From Octopus sinensis (lineage: Eukaryota): a DNA stretch of 64,000 bases. Positions 12,749 to 25,655 of the stretch are shown here, one piece after another. How positions within the stretch are numbered: position 1 is the stretch's first letter; each line of letters begins with the position of its first letter. Location: assembly GCF_006345805.1 (NCBI RefSeq), contig NC_043002.1, positions 109,678,001 to 109,742,000 of the forward strand. The letters run 5' to 3'. The notes beneath the pieces were generated by a model. The model made no database searches, was not told the origin of the DNA, and worked only from the letters and a program-made list of their open reading frames with translations. Both the position numbers and the translations under genes were made by a program.

Positions 12749-12969
12749 CCCTTCTGTTATTGTATTTCTGTTGAGATGCCCTGTGTTTCTTTCAATTACT
12801 TTAAATATAACAAAGAATTTAGTAAAATAACTTAATTATCATTCAGCTAGTGTTAAGAACATAAATTGTGACTAAGGTTTGGTGGAAGATTTTAATTCAA
12901 AACTTATGAAAACAAGACATTAGTACTACAGAGCCAGAGCTGGTTTCAGCCGGGTTGGTAGCGAAAGGG
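12749..12969. mobile_element. piggyBac-type MITE (221 bp)
   Basis: TTAA (12745-48)|CCCTT...AAGGG|TTAA (12970-73): TTAA target duplication and CCCTT termini. Confidence 0.7.
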
Positions 12970-13127
12970 TTAATAAATAAAAATACAGCTTTGTATAACA
13001 CATTAATTAAAATATATTAAAAGAAAATACATAGTGTACCGTAGATGGGTAAACAAAGAATTGCACATACTGTATGAAAAACGAGACTCGGGAGGCGAGT
13101 GTGGGGTGTTTATCTTTTATCTTCTTT

Positions 13128-13345
13128 TTTATCTTTTACTTGTTTCAGTCATTTGACTGCGGCCATGCTGGAGCACCGCCTTTAGTCGAGCAAATCGACC
13201 CCGGGACTTATTCTTTGTAAGCCCAGTACTTATACTATCGGTCTCTTTTTGCCGAACCGCTAAGTGACGGGGACGTAAACACACCAGCATCGGTTGTCAA
13301 GCAATGCTAGGGGGACAAACACAGACACACAAATACACACATACA
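13128..13345 (-). mobile_element. SINE family B, 3' half
   Basis: TGTTTCAGTCATTTGACTGCGGCCATGCTGGAGCACCGCC...GGGGACAAACACAGAC. Confidence 0.85.
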
Positions 13346-13491
13346 TATATATATATATATGGATGTATGACTGAGGGCTGGCGAACCAGATGATTGCACC
13401 AGGCTTCAATCTTGATCTGGCAGAGTTTCTACAGCTTGATGCCCTTCCTAACACCATCTGGTTCATCATATATATATATATATATATATAT

Positions 13492-13679
13492 AGGCGAGAA
13501 TTCACAAAAAAACAAAGGACGAAAACAGGTGGTGTAGACAACAAACAGATGTATTAGTATAACGCTTGGGAAGTGAAAAAGTCTTTAACGTTTCGAGCCT
13601 AAGCTCTTCCACAGAAAGGAACACACAATGAAACAAGGAGAGAAAATAAAGAATGGGTAGTGGCTAGCAATCTATCATG
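13492..13679 (-). mobile_element. Short element with minimal hammerhead-like motif (Penelope-like terminal remnant, subfamily 1)
   Basis: Minus strand CTTT-CTGTGGA-A-GAGC-TTAG-GCTC-GAAA-CG-TT-AAAG at 13618->13583; homologous to 34029-34212. Confidence 0.6.
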
Positions 13680-14205
13680 GTGAATGCATGTATGTATGTA
13701 TCTGTGTAGCTATCTCCTGGTCTTAACATACGTGATAGTTGTAAACAAGTGTCACCATCATACAAGCAGTGTTATTTGTTTCCAATCTTCCATGAAAACA
13801 TGTCTAGCCAGGAGGAAATATTACCTTGCTTCGAAACAGGTGAGGGTTGGTGACAGGGACGGCATCAAGCTGTAGAAACCCTGCCTCAACAAATTTCATC
13901 TAACACATGCAAGAAAGGAAAAGTGGACATTAAAACAATAAGTGAATGATACACACACACACACACACTCTTATACATTTCGCCCACCATTCAGTTCAAC
14001 ACCATCACCTTCAATGGCATCCACTCTGTGGCATGTAATCAGGCCAAGTTTCTGGCCTATAATGGGTTATGCGCACTGCCTTCCTCTGGAACTAAAAGAT
14101 AGATATGTAACAATACAGATATGTGTGTGTGTGTGTGTGTGTTTCTATGTATGTATACACTCACACACATACATATACACACACACTGTATGTAAACATA
14201 TAGAC

Positions 14206-14285
<80 letters not shown>

Positions 14286-14887
14286 TATTGAGACCCCCTT
14301 CGGTCATGAATGACCATGGGATTGCACCTAGAAAGTTACCCTCCTAGACACAAGTCCGGGCAAGGTTGTTTATGGAAGGCCAGCAGTCGCCCATGCATAC
14401 CAGCCTCCCCTCTCCACGCCACCAGTGTTATCCAAGGGAAAGACAAAGGTCGATACAGCTTGGCACCTGTGACGTCGCAACTCATTTCTACAGCTGAGTG
14501 AACTGGAGCAACGTGAAATAAATTGCCTTGCTCGAGAACACAACACGCAGCCTGGTCCGGGATTCGAGCTCACAACCTCACGATCGTAAGCTCGACGCTC
14601 TAACCACTGAGCCATGTCTAGCCAGGAGGAAATATTACCTTGCTTCGAAACAGCATATATATATATGTAGTTATAAACATGAAAACACAAAGAGAAAACA
14701 CAACGCGAGGATGTGGAAGAGGTATAGTGTTATTGGATGCTCAGGAAAGGAAAGAAAGAAGGATTTAATGTTTTGAGCGGAGCTCTTCGTCAGAAACATA
14801 GGAAAAGGAAAGATCCAAGAAAGGGAAGACGGAGGAAAAAAATCATATATATATATATGTGTGTGTGTATATATATATAAATGTATG

Positions 14888-14946
<59 letters not shown>

Positions 14947-15409
14947 CATATACAAGCAGTGTACATAGATGTGTGTGCACACACACACATGCGCGCACGC
15001 ACGCACACACACACATGCACACACATACACACACACACACACACACAGAGAGGAGTGTGAATGAAATAAGCAGGGCCAGTATGTTGTTACCGCTTGACTA
15101 ACCACTGGTTAAAACAGATGTGCAAAGCAAACAGAATGTTGTGAAACATCTCAGTGGGGGTTGCCATGGGTGGGTGTACTAAGGGAAGGAATGAAAGCAG
15201 GGTGGAGCAACTGCTCTGTGGGGTTGGGCACAAAAAGAAGGCCAATAAAACAATCATTTCTCTCTATTTTTCTTTGTCTTTGCCTTCAATGCTGTTCTGG
15301 TTGTCGTTAATGTCGTAGCCTCACCCCACTACCATTATGACTTCCTTATAAATAAATATAATTCCTTGTGTTTCATCAGCAAGTCATTAGCATTATAACA
15401 ACAACTATT

Positions 15410-15479
15410 AGCATTATTTTTATTATTATTATTGTTATTATTATTATTGTTATTTTTATTATTATCATTATTATTATTA

Positions 15480-15541
<62 letters not shown>

Positions 15542-15595
15542 ATTTTTATTGTTATTATTATTATTATTGTTATTATTATTATTATTATTATTATT
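15410..15595. repeat. (ATT)n microsatellite
   Basis: Long ATT/GTT run; source of the poly-N and poly-I ORFs. Confidence 0.95.
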
Positions 15596-15914
15596 TTCAA
15601 GGCGGTGAGCTGGCAGAATCATTAGCATGCGGAGATGAAATGCTTTGCGGTATTTCCTTCCTTGCTCTGTTCTTGAGTTCAAATTCCGCTGAGGTCAACC
15701 CTGAAAGGATTCATCCTTTCGGGGTTGATAAAGTAAGTACCAGTTGCATACTGCGGTTGATCTAATCGACTGCCCCCCACCCCCAAATTTCAGGCCTTGT
15801 GCCTAGAGCAAAAAATCATCATCATCATCATCATCCTCTTCCTCTTCTTCTTTTTCTTTTTCTTCTTCTTCTTCTTCCTCCTCCTCCTCCTTCTTCTTCT
15901 TATTATTATTATCA

Positions 15915-16450
15915 TTGAGTGAGAGAGCAGTTCATGCCATCAAAGTGACACTGAGGTAAAATATACGAAGCCCAATATACCCATCATGACTACCCGTCTG
16001 ATAAGGGTACACCAGGCACATGCATCACAACCATATGTGCGTGACATGGTGATCTCATATCAAGATAAACAGCACATGACCTGCAGGTGGGGGCCCAGTT
16101 AGAATTTTCTTCAGGTTGAGTAGCCCATCCCGTTCAAAAGGTCTCTGAATAAGGGTTGTTTAAGGATGTTGAAAGAACCACCCATGTTTTCAGAGGTGAA
16201 TTATTCAAACCCCAAAGAATCCCTCTCAACACATGGCTATGATGCTCCCCCCCCACTACTTCTGCTCATGATCAGAGATGCACATATCGTCAGCCACTAA
16301 GGGACATGCTCAACTGGTTAAGGTCAAACAACTGACAAGCAAATCTGTGGTATTGAGCAGAATATTTGCTGTAGCCCATCTTTTATACCAAGACAAAACA
16401 ATGTACATGATAACACTTCCAATCAGTTAAGATCAGAAGCCATGAGAGCC
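15915..16450 (-). mobile_element. 5'-truncated retroposon (family D) ending in (AAT)n; second copy at 46595-46974
   Basis: Two highly similar copies (TTGAGTGAGAGAGCAGTTCATGCCATCAAAGTGACACTG...GGGACATGCTCAACTGGTT), both abutting (TTA)n at the same end. Confidence 0.75.
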
Positions 16451-16798
16451 CTTCGTGAAGGTGGAGGTATTGTTTTCAGTTGTGTTGTTTGTTTGTTTAT
16501 TCATGGACGAGATATCTCAAGAGGATTCAGATGAAACTTCAGAGATGTTTGGCCTTGTGACTGACACAAACTGATTCGATTTTCGGATCAATCCGGTACC
16601 GGACAAGGATTCTGGATTATTTTTCCTATTTTTTTACCTAATTTTTGAGAGCAATCAGGTTCATTTTTAGTATTCTCATTAGTGAGACCAGTCGAGTTCA
16701 TTTCAGATATTCTCATTTTAAAAATCATCTCTGACTAATCATTGAGAGGACATTAGTGTTGCCTTGGCGGAGTTTTGCGCTCTCTGAGTGCTCTTGTT
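16449..16798 (+). mobile_element. Helentron-associated non-autonomous element (HINE/DINE-1-like)
   Basis: Subterminal inverted repeats CTTCGTGAAGG (degenerate) and CCTTGGCGGAG, internal (GTTT)n, 3' hairpin GCGCTCTCTGAGTGC, ends in T-rich sequence. Confidence 0.6.
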
Positions 16799-17594
16799 GT
16801 TGTTGTTTGTTGTTGTCATCGTTATTATTATTATTATTATTATTGTTGTTGTTGTTGTTGTTGTTGCTGTTATTATTACAATTAAGAAGGCAGTGAGCTG
16901 GCAGAATCATTAAATGTGCTGGACAAAATGCTTAGAGGTATTTTGTTCATGTTTATATCCCCAGTTCAAATCCTGCCAAGGTTGACAAACCTGCATTTAT
17001 TATATTATTCAGGTTTTTCTTTTTGAATATTATGAAATATGAAGAGTAGTGAGATGGCACACCTGTTGGCATACTGGGCAAAAGGCACAACAGCATTTCA
17101 TTCATTCATTCATTTACTTTGCATTTACCTGTTTCAGTCATTTGACTGTGGCCATGCTGGAGCACCACCTTTAGCCAAACAAATCGACCCCAGGGCTTAT
17201 TCTTTGTAAGCTTAGTACTCATTCTATTCGACTCTTTTGCCGAACAGCTAAGTTATGGGGATGTAAACACACCGGCATCGGTTGTCAAGCGATGGTAGGG
17301 GAGGGGGAAAAAAACAGACACAGACAAACATATACATAGAAATATATATATATGTATGTGTGTGTGTGTGTGTGTGTGTGCCAATGGAATGTAAAAGCAC
17401 CCATTACACTGTTGGAGTGGTTGACGTTAGGAACGGCATCCAGCTGTAGAAATTTTTTCAAGATCAAACTGGAGCCTGGTGCAGTCTTCTGGTTCGCCAA
17501 CCCTCAGTCAAACCGTCCAACCCATTCCAGCATGGAAAGCGGATGTTAAACGATGATGATGGTGATGATATATATATATATATATATATATGTA

Positions 17595-17965
17595 CTAGCA
17601 GTATCGCCCGGCGTTGCTCGGGTTTGTAAGGGAAATAACTATAAAATATTTTTAGAGAGTTATAGCCAAAAAATGGAAAAAAAATGATGGTAAATTTTTT
17701 TTAGTTAAAAAGGTCGAGTTGCGTCCCCATGACAGTCTGGGGTTTGTGTTTCTGATTCTCAACCCCATGTCGAATTTATCGATTTTTTTCAGAACTGGGG
17801 GAACTTTTCAAAATTTTCGCTGCGTTAGTTTTGAATTATGACATTGGGCTATGTGTGTGTCAAGTTTCATCAGAATCGGTTGAAAGCCGTGGTCAGGGTG
17901 AGGGTACAAGCAAACAGACACACAGAAACACACACAGACAAACTGCCGTTTATATAGAGAGAAGA
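17595..17965 (-). mobile_element. Non-autonomous Helitron (copy 2)
   Basis: Highly similar by eye to 7115-7493, with the same hairpin + CTAG end. Confidence 0.8.
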
Positions 17966-18439
17966 TATATATATATGTATGTATGTATATATATATATAT
18001 ATATATATGACGAGCTTCTTTCAGTTTCCGTCTACCATATCCACTCACAAGGCTTTGGTTGGCCCAAGGCTATAGTAAAAGACACCCAGGTGCCATGCAG
18101 TGGGACTGAACCCGGAACCATGTGGTTGGGAAGAAAGCTTCTTACCACACAGCCACTCCTGTGCCTATGCTTATGTTCTGAGTTCAAATTCTGCTGTTGT
18201 TGATTTTGTCTGTCATCCTTTTGGAGTCGATAAAATATGTTTTAGTCGAATGCTGGGGTCAAAGTGATCCCTAAATATTCCCCCACCCCTACGAAACCGC
18301 TGTCTTCGTGTTGAAATCTGAGATCAACATTATAAGATATGATCTGATGGAGATTTTACTGCTATTCTCTGTATGGTGAGACTTCATGATTGATTTGATG
18401 AGAGAAGGCAGAGGGAAACAGATTGAAGCAACATCTCTT

Positions 18440-18830
18440 TACTCTATTACTTGTTTCAGTCATTTGACTGTGGCCATGCTGGAGCACCGCCTTTAGTCGA
18501 GCACAACGACCCCAGGACTTATTCTTTGTAAGCCTAGTACTTATGCTAATCGATATCTTTTGCCGAACCGCTAAGTTACAGGGGACGTAAACACACCAGC
18601 ATCGGTTGTCAAGCGATGCTGGGGGGACAAACACAGACACACACACACACATATATATATATATACGACGGGCTTCTTTCAGTTTCCGTCTACCAAATCC
18701 ACTCAATAGGCTTTGGTCGGCCCAACGCTATAGTAGAAGACACTTGCCCAAGGTGCCACGCAGTGGGACTGAACCCGGAACCATGTGGTTGGTAAGCAAG
18801 TTACTTACCACACAGCCACTCCTACGCCTA
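18440..18830 (-). mobile_element. SINE family B, full length
   Basis: Head, internal (TA)/(CA) microsatellite and tail are all present. Confidence 0.85.
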
Positions 18831-19703
18831 TCTGTGTATTATTGTATAAATAACATTTACCACAGCAAGAATTGAACTCAGAACCCAGTGCAATGAGACT
18901 TCCATACTAAAAGACATTAGTGTAGCATACTATTATAACTACCTCCCACCCCAGGCTTTTCTTTATCATTAGTGTTTACAACAAATTATATGAAATTAGG
19001 CTTACTTCCTCCTTATTGATGCTCTCCTGCCATGGAGATATCTAAAGTATAAATCAAGATGTTATTTAGCCCCAACAAAGTCCTGACTGAATAAACCCCG
19101 TCACCAAAGGTATTTCACCAGTGACCATCTCGTCTTTTTCATAGGCATGGGCCACCTTGGATCACATTATCTAACGTGTCCTTTTCTAAGACAGTAAGGT
19201 GTAAATGGAGAGTAATTTGACTGCTATTTCTAGCAGATTGGACGACCATCTAATGGCTCCCTGCATGGTTCAGTAAGACAAGATGTTGTTTTGGCAAAAT
19301 AATTAGAGAGGCCTTATTGTTTTAAAAGATGTCCAAAGTATTAAGTCTTGTGAAAGAGCCTGCTGAGTTATCTTCACCATTTAAAAGGAATAATAGTGAA
19401 AATATGACTTTTCTTTCACTTAGATTAACCATTAAGTGAATAATGACAAAAACATAAACGGGAGGAGAGGGATGTAAAGCTGGTATTAAGATTGTGTTTA
19501 TACATTATTTTTGTTTTAATAACCTAATTCTGGATAACTCCTACGGCAAAACACACACGCACACGCACACATAAACAGACATACGTACAGGAAGACACTG
19601 CGTAATTGTCCAGGCGTCAGACACAGTGGTAGAGATATTGAGAGTACAAATATATGTTCATAGGATAAATATACAGTATGTAAGCTGTTGACTATATATA
19701 TAT

Positions 19704-19736
<33 letters not shown>

Positions 19737-19817
19737 CATATATACGTATATATATATATATATATATAATATATATATATATATATTATATATATATATA
19801 TATATATACATATATAC

Positions 19818-19876
<59 letters not shown>

Positions 19877-20099
19877 TATACGTATATATATATATATATA
19901 TATTTATACACATACACATCATATATATAAATAATATAAATAGATAGGCGGATAGCTAGGTATAGAGAGAGGTAGATAGACTAATAGGCTCAGTGTAGAT
20001 GGTGATCAGATAAAAATGTAGTCTGTAGATATTGGGTGTATTGATTGAAGCAGTGTTTAAATTAAGAGGCTGAGACAAGGATCTAGATTTTGATGGGCC

Positions 20100-21000
20100 A
20101 GACAGGTAAATCAGACAGTTAACTGGAAAGACAGACAATTTGTTGATATCATCTGATTACGCGAATTAGTTTGTAGAGGAAAACCTGGAGAGCTAACTGT
20201 TAGTTAGTGAGCAGGTTTTGAGTTAGAAAGCAAAGTAAAAAGGTTGAGTGGCACCGTGAAGACAGGATGGTCATGAGTGGAACAACTTTGTAAGCTTGCT
20301 ATATTAGGGATTAACTGACTTTATATGTTGACTGCCAGATAACAAAAGTAGGGAATACAATATATTTGTGCCAGTCAGATAAAGTGGAATCCTGATGATG
20401 TGCTCTACAAGCACACGGTTGAATGGTCACTATAGCAGTGAGGCTTGAACATCTGACCGTTTGGTCAGTATAACAAGACTTTAAGTTCACAGACATGGTG
20501 GTAATGATCAAAGTAAAACCAGGGAGGAAAAATAATTCAAAGATCTACTACCTCTGCTGGCAACAAAGGGTCTTTCCCTCAGAGTGAAAATTAAATTGTT
20601 TGTGTGCAAATGAGACATGGACCCACATTTGACAAATGCCTCACTGGGATAGCAAGTGCACAGGGTAGCATGAATGTTGTACATACACAAGGTACACACG
20701 CAGTCAGACAGTGAAGAAATAGTGGGGTGATGCCATTTTGTTGAACTGCTTTTACTACTAAAACTGCATCCAGAGAGGACATAAATGGATAGAAAAAGAA
20801 GTGTTTTTGCCAATGAAGAAGATTATGAAGCAGCATCATGCTCAAAGACACTGATCTTTGATGGACACGAGGTCCATTCTAACCAGGTTGAATCTGAAAA
20901 CTCTTAACCATGCCTGGTTCATCTGTTTCTTCTTCCATTTTGAATTTTATATTAACTTGAAACATTTAATGCAAGATGTCAGCACAGAAAATAGGGAAGT
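20100..21000 (+). pseudogene. Decayed RTE-clade LINE (RT C-terminal part)
   Basis: DLLPLLATKGLSLRVKIKL at 20542-20600 (cf. RTE ELLPLL..KG.SLRVKG.LY), upstream E.VFELESK (cf. WKQGLESKG); many stops. Confidence 0.6.
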
Positions 21001-21650
21001 AAAAAGAAAAATGATGATGATAAAGACAATGGTGATGATGATGATTTGAAACGTATGCTTTGAAACCTCCTCACTTTTATACTATCAAAGTTAGAGATAC
21101 TGTCAGTATATTGGTAGACAGTTAAAGAGAGGAGTACTACCCAGTCACTAAAAGACTCTTAAAGTAAAGGTACAACCCTTTCATTGGTCGACTAAAAACT
21201 TAAAGGAAGGATGGATGCGATGTTGCAAATCCACAGCAGAACCACAAACTGCTCCCTGATGCATCTAACAAACTACAAAATGGCTTCCATTTTGTCTGAC
21301 AACAGCTTCTTTAATTGGCAGTGCGTGCATGCACACACATGTGTGTGTGTGTGTGTGTGAGTGCATATGTGTTCACATGCAAATATACACAAACATCCAC
21401 ACAGACATACAACCAGTTATACCAACTTACCATCACAGGCACACCGCAAACACAAGCTCAGATACCTACACACCCTGATCCCATCCAACATCCAAACAGA
21501 AACTAAACACAACTTCAGGTTATAAAGATATATTTTAAATCAAAAAGCTGCCAATTTTGCTGTAGAAGGAACGCAGACAGTTAGTGGCTCTTTACCCCCA
21601 ATATCTGACTGGTATTATAATTAATGGGAAACTAAGAGAGCAGAGTGGAG

Positions 21651-21950
21651 GCGCAATGACCAAGTGGTTAGGGCAGCGGACTCACAGTTTTGATTCCCAG
21701 ACCGGGCGTTGTGTGTGTTTATTGAGTGAAAACACCTAAAAGGTCCACGAGGCTCCGGCAGGGGGTGGTGGCGACCCCTGTTGTGCTCTTTCGCCACAAC
21801 TTTCTCTCACTCTCTCGTCCTGTTTCTTGAGAAACTCAGCAATGGACTGGCGTCCCGTCCAGCTGGGGGGAACACATATGCCACAGAAACCGGGAAACCG
21901 GGCCCATGAGCCTGGCTAGGCTTGAAAAGAGTGACGTTTATCGTTTAAGA
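21651..21950 (+). mobile_element. tRNA-derived SINE (GGAGGCGCAATGGCCCAGTGG head family, alternative tail)
   Basis: Head shared with 36563-36947; diverges after TCCTGTTTCT. Confidence 0.75.
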
Positions 21951-22381
21951 GAGCAGGAAGGCAAAACTGACCAATCAATTTCAGTCTTTCTTCATTGAGG
22001 CAAAGCAGTGTCCATTTTCCTTCTAATGATTTCTGGGACTCTTGGGCTTAAATCAGAGTGGACTCTACAAAATGTATCTCAGGTACCTGGTGGTGTTGTC
22101 AAACTGGGCAACAGATTAATTTTTTCCACAACAAAGGCAACAGCAGGCTTTGAATTTAGAAGACAAAAAACAGGAATAAATACTGCAAGGTATGAGGCTA
22201 CGTTGGTACATTTTTTTTCTCGTTTTTGACTCCGAAAGGATGAAAGGCAAAGGTGGGATTTGAAACTAGAATGCTGAGTTTCAGAATAAATACTATGAGG
22301 CATTCTTTCCAACACTCTAACGACCCTGCCACCCTGCATGTACGTGTATGTGTGCGTGCATGTGTGTGTGTGTGTGTTTGT

Positions 22382-22415
<34 letters not shown>

Positions 22416-23132
22416 CTGTGTGTGTGTGTGTTTGTGTTTGTGTGTGTATAGTTGATTCAGACAACAGTAACACCTGCATCTGTGAAGTACATTAACCTGT
22501 CATCATCGCCAATCCACCTTGTAGAATTAGTTGTTTCTTCTCCAAAGTCAATAAAGTCAAAGCAGCCAAGGTTTGGGCCAGAGATGGATGGAAAGATGGA
22601 ATTTTATTCTTGGCACCAAGAGGTCAGTGACAGGTAAATAACTCACAGAAAGGAATTTCTGGCAAATTGCCTAAAACAAGACCCACAACAGAATATCAAG
22701 AATGAAGAAAAAAAAATATGGCATGAACTTTTGTGGAATAAATCCTTGACTTCAAGAGATTCTGGAAGTCTTCAGTTATTTATTTACTGGTTTACTTCAG
22801 TAATATACAGTTTCAGGAGAAAGAACCAACCTATAACTTCTCATTGAAGCTGAGCCTGCCGCCCGCTCCTCCCACACACACACAAGAGAACAACATACTG
22901 CCGAAAGTGGAGGAGGGGGGATCTGTGTATTTTCTTTTTATAAATTATTTTGTAGCTGGTTCTCCAGAGAGTACATCATCATCATCATCAAACGTGTAAG
23001 GTAGTATGATGGCAGTGGAGGTCGCAGTGGGGATATGACTGTGCATAGTTTTCACAACATACCTCTCTACAAATACTGGATGTGTACACACACACACACA
23101 ATGGAACACGCACTTATAATATAATATATATA

Positions 23133-23179
<47 letters not shown>

Positions 23180-23364
23180 TACATATATGCATGTATGTAG
23201 ATTGGTGCAGGCACAGTTGCATCCCAACCATGAGGTTTCAAGTTCAATCTCACTGCACACCACCTTGGTGTCTTCTCTTATAGCCTCAGCCCACCCAAAG
23301 CCTGTTTGTTGTGCGTGTGTGTGTGTATATATATATATATATAAATATATATATAATATATATA

Positions 23365-23900
23365 ATATCATCATCATCGTTTAACGTCTGTTCTCCATGC
23401 TAGCATGGGTTGGATTGTTCGACCCGGGATCTGGGAAGCCAGAAGGCTGCACCAGGCTCCAGTCTGATCTGGCAGTGTTTCTACAGCTGGATGCCCTTCC
23501 TAACACCAACCACTCCGTGAGTGTAGTGGGTGCTTTTTAAATGCCACCGGCACAGGTGCCAGGCGAGGCTGGCAATGGCCACGATCGGATTGGTGTTTTT
23601 TACGTGCCACCGGCATGGAAGCCAGTCAAGGCGGCGCTGGCATTGCCCATGTTCGGATGGTGCTTTTTACGTGCCACCGGCACAGGGATCACAACTGCAG
23701 TTTCCATTGATTTTTGATGTTGATGTACTTGACTCGATGGATCTCCTCAAGCACAGGGTTGAAATGGTGTTTCTTTACTTGCCACCTGCACAGGAGTCAG
23801 TCCAGCGGCCCTGGCAACTGCTGGGTGCCAGTCATAGGATTGGTTCAATTTCGATTCCGATTTCACTTGCCCCAACAGGTCTTCACAAGCAGAGTTTAGT
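23365..23900 (-). mobile_element. RTE-tailed retroposon (same family as 10570-11350)
   Basis: Minus: TGTGAAGACCTGTTGGGGCAAGTGAAATC...GTGCCGGTGGCA repeats...AGGAAGGGCATCCAGCTGTAGAAAC...(GAT)n. Confidence 0.8.
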
Positions 23901-23939
23901 GTCCAATGGAGGGAGGTTGGCATGGGTGCCTGTCGTTGG

Positions 23940-24080
23940 AGGAGCTCCCATGGGCATCCTGTCTTGAATTCCTCCGTAATTGCCTGGAGGACTATGATAA
24001 ATAGGAGGGGGCTGAGGACTAAACCCTGGTGGACCCCAACCTCTACCTTGAATTCTTCAGTGTACACATTGCCAACCCTT
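23940..24080 (-). pseudogene. RTE LINE reverse-transcriptase fragment
   Basis: RVGNVYTEEFKVEVGVHQGLVLSPLLFIIVLQAITEEFKTGCPWELL contains the RT QG.VLSP.LF motif and stops just before the expected YADD. Confidence 0.85.
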
Positions 24081-24516
24081 ATATATATATATATAGTAAT
24101 AGTAAGACAACAAAAGAATGAATGAGACCTCAATATTATGTAAATAGAGGAATCTATCTGTAATATATATGTGACAATTATTCGGTTGCCATAATAAAAC
24201 TCCGAGTTTCAGATGTCGGGGCGGAAATCTGCTCCGGCATCTCATCAATTATTAAGACAAACAAAAATGCATGTAAAGTTGTCTTGATATCACATGAATA
24301 TTGTAAAGAAATATTACCATCATACAAATGTCTAGTCTGGCCAGAGAGACATACTAACCTCGCTTGTAAACAGGTGAGCATTGGCAACAGGAAGGGCATC
24401 CAGCCACAGAAAGTCTGCCTCAATGTGGACATTAAAATGATGATGATGTGTTTGTGAATGAATTTTTGCTGTGAGCTGGTGTTGCTGAGTGAGTATGACG
24501 ATGATAATGATGATGA

Positions 24517-24678
<162 letters not shown>

Positions 24679-24720
24679 ATATATATATGTGTATATATAT
24701 ATGTGTATATATATGTGTAT

Positions 24721-24787
<67 letters not shown>

Positions 24788-25038
24788 CATACATACACAC
24801 ACATATAGATGGGAAGAAGGAGTGGTGACCTTGACTTTTTCATGTCCACAAGACAGGTGATGTTAATGGTAAATACACAAAGCTGGAAGGAATGGCCAAA
24901 GTGTTTAAAACAAATAAGAGAAACTGTGGAATGTTATGTCATGAGGAAGGTGAGAGAAGCATAGGAGAGGGAAAGGCTGCTGTTCAGAGAGGGATGAGAT
25001 GTTAATGGAGATGAAGGGTAGATGCAATAAGGATTAGG

Positions 25039-25092
<54 letters not shown>

Positions 25093-25244
25093 TGAGAAAG
25101 AGAAAGAGAGAGGGAAGTGAAGGACAAGGTAAAAGGTAATAAGGGTTAGAAGAGGAGGAGATGGTGAGAGAATAAAAGGAACATAGATTTGAAAAGAAAA
25201 AGTGTTCAATGTAGATAGATAGATAGACAGATAGACAGACACAC

Positions 25245-25291
<47 letters not shown>

Positions 25292-25364
25292 CGGACAGAG
25301 AGAGAGAGAGGGAGAGAGGGAGAGGGGAGAGGTATGGGGGATAAAAAATAGCAAGAATGAAAGG

Positions 25365-25655
25365 GGAAACGATGGGTGAAGTTTGGTAGGTGAGTGAACA
25401 GTTATTGTGTTTAGAAGAGAAGAATGAAGTTTAAACAGGTAAAGGACACATCAAATCCATGAGTTTGGGTGGGTGAGTGAGTTTTTATTGTGAGGTTTAC
25501 AGGTGAGGGAGCTCTTTACAATTCAATGAATAACTTTCATTCATTCATGTTCCAGGATATTTTTATGTCCTTCGGTGGCAGTGGCAGCAACACTGTTTTC
25601 AATATATGACAGCAATACTCCAATGTGAGTTATATTTGAGCTTTGTAGAGGGATG
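25365..25655 (-). pseudogene. Decayed CR1/Jockey-group LINE 3' remnant
   Basis: LYKAQI*LTLEYCCHIL (cf. LYKAQ.RP.LEYCSH.W), followed by a degenerate RT C-terminal region. Confidence 0.5.

Noticed and set aside
22452-22640. Short open frames on both strands (e.g. minus NLGCFDFIDFGEETTNSTRW)
   Set aside because: No suitable acceptor after the upstream stop, no Cys-rich CRIM1-type pattern, and no recognisable domain.
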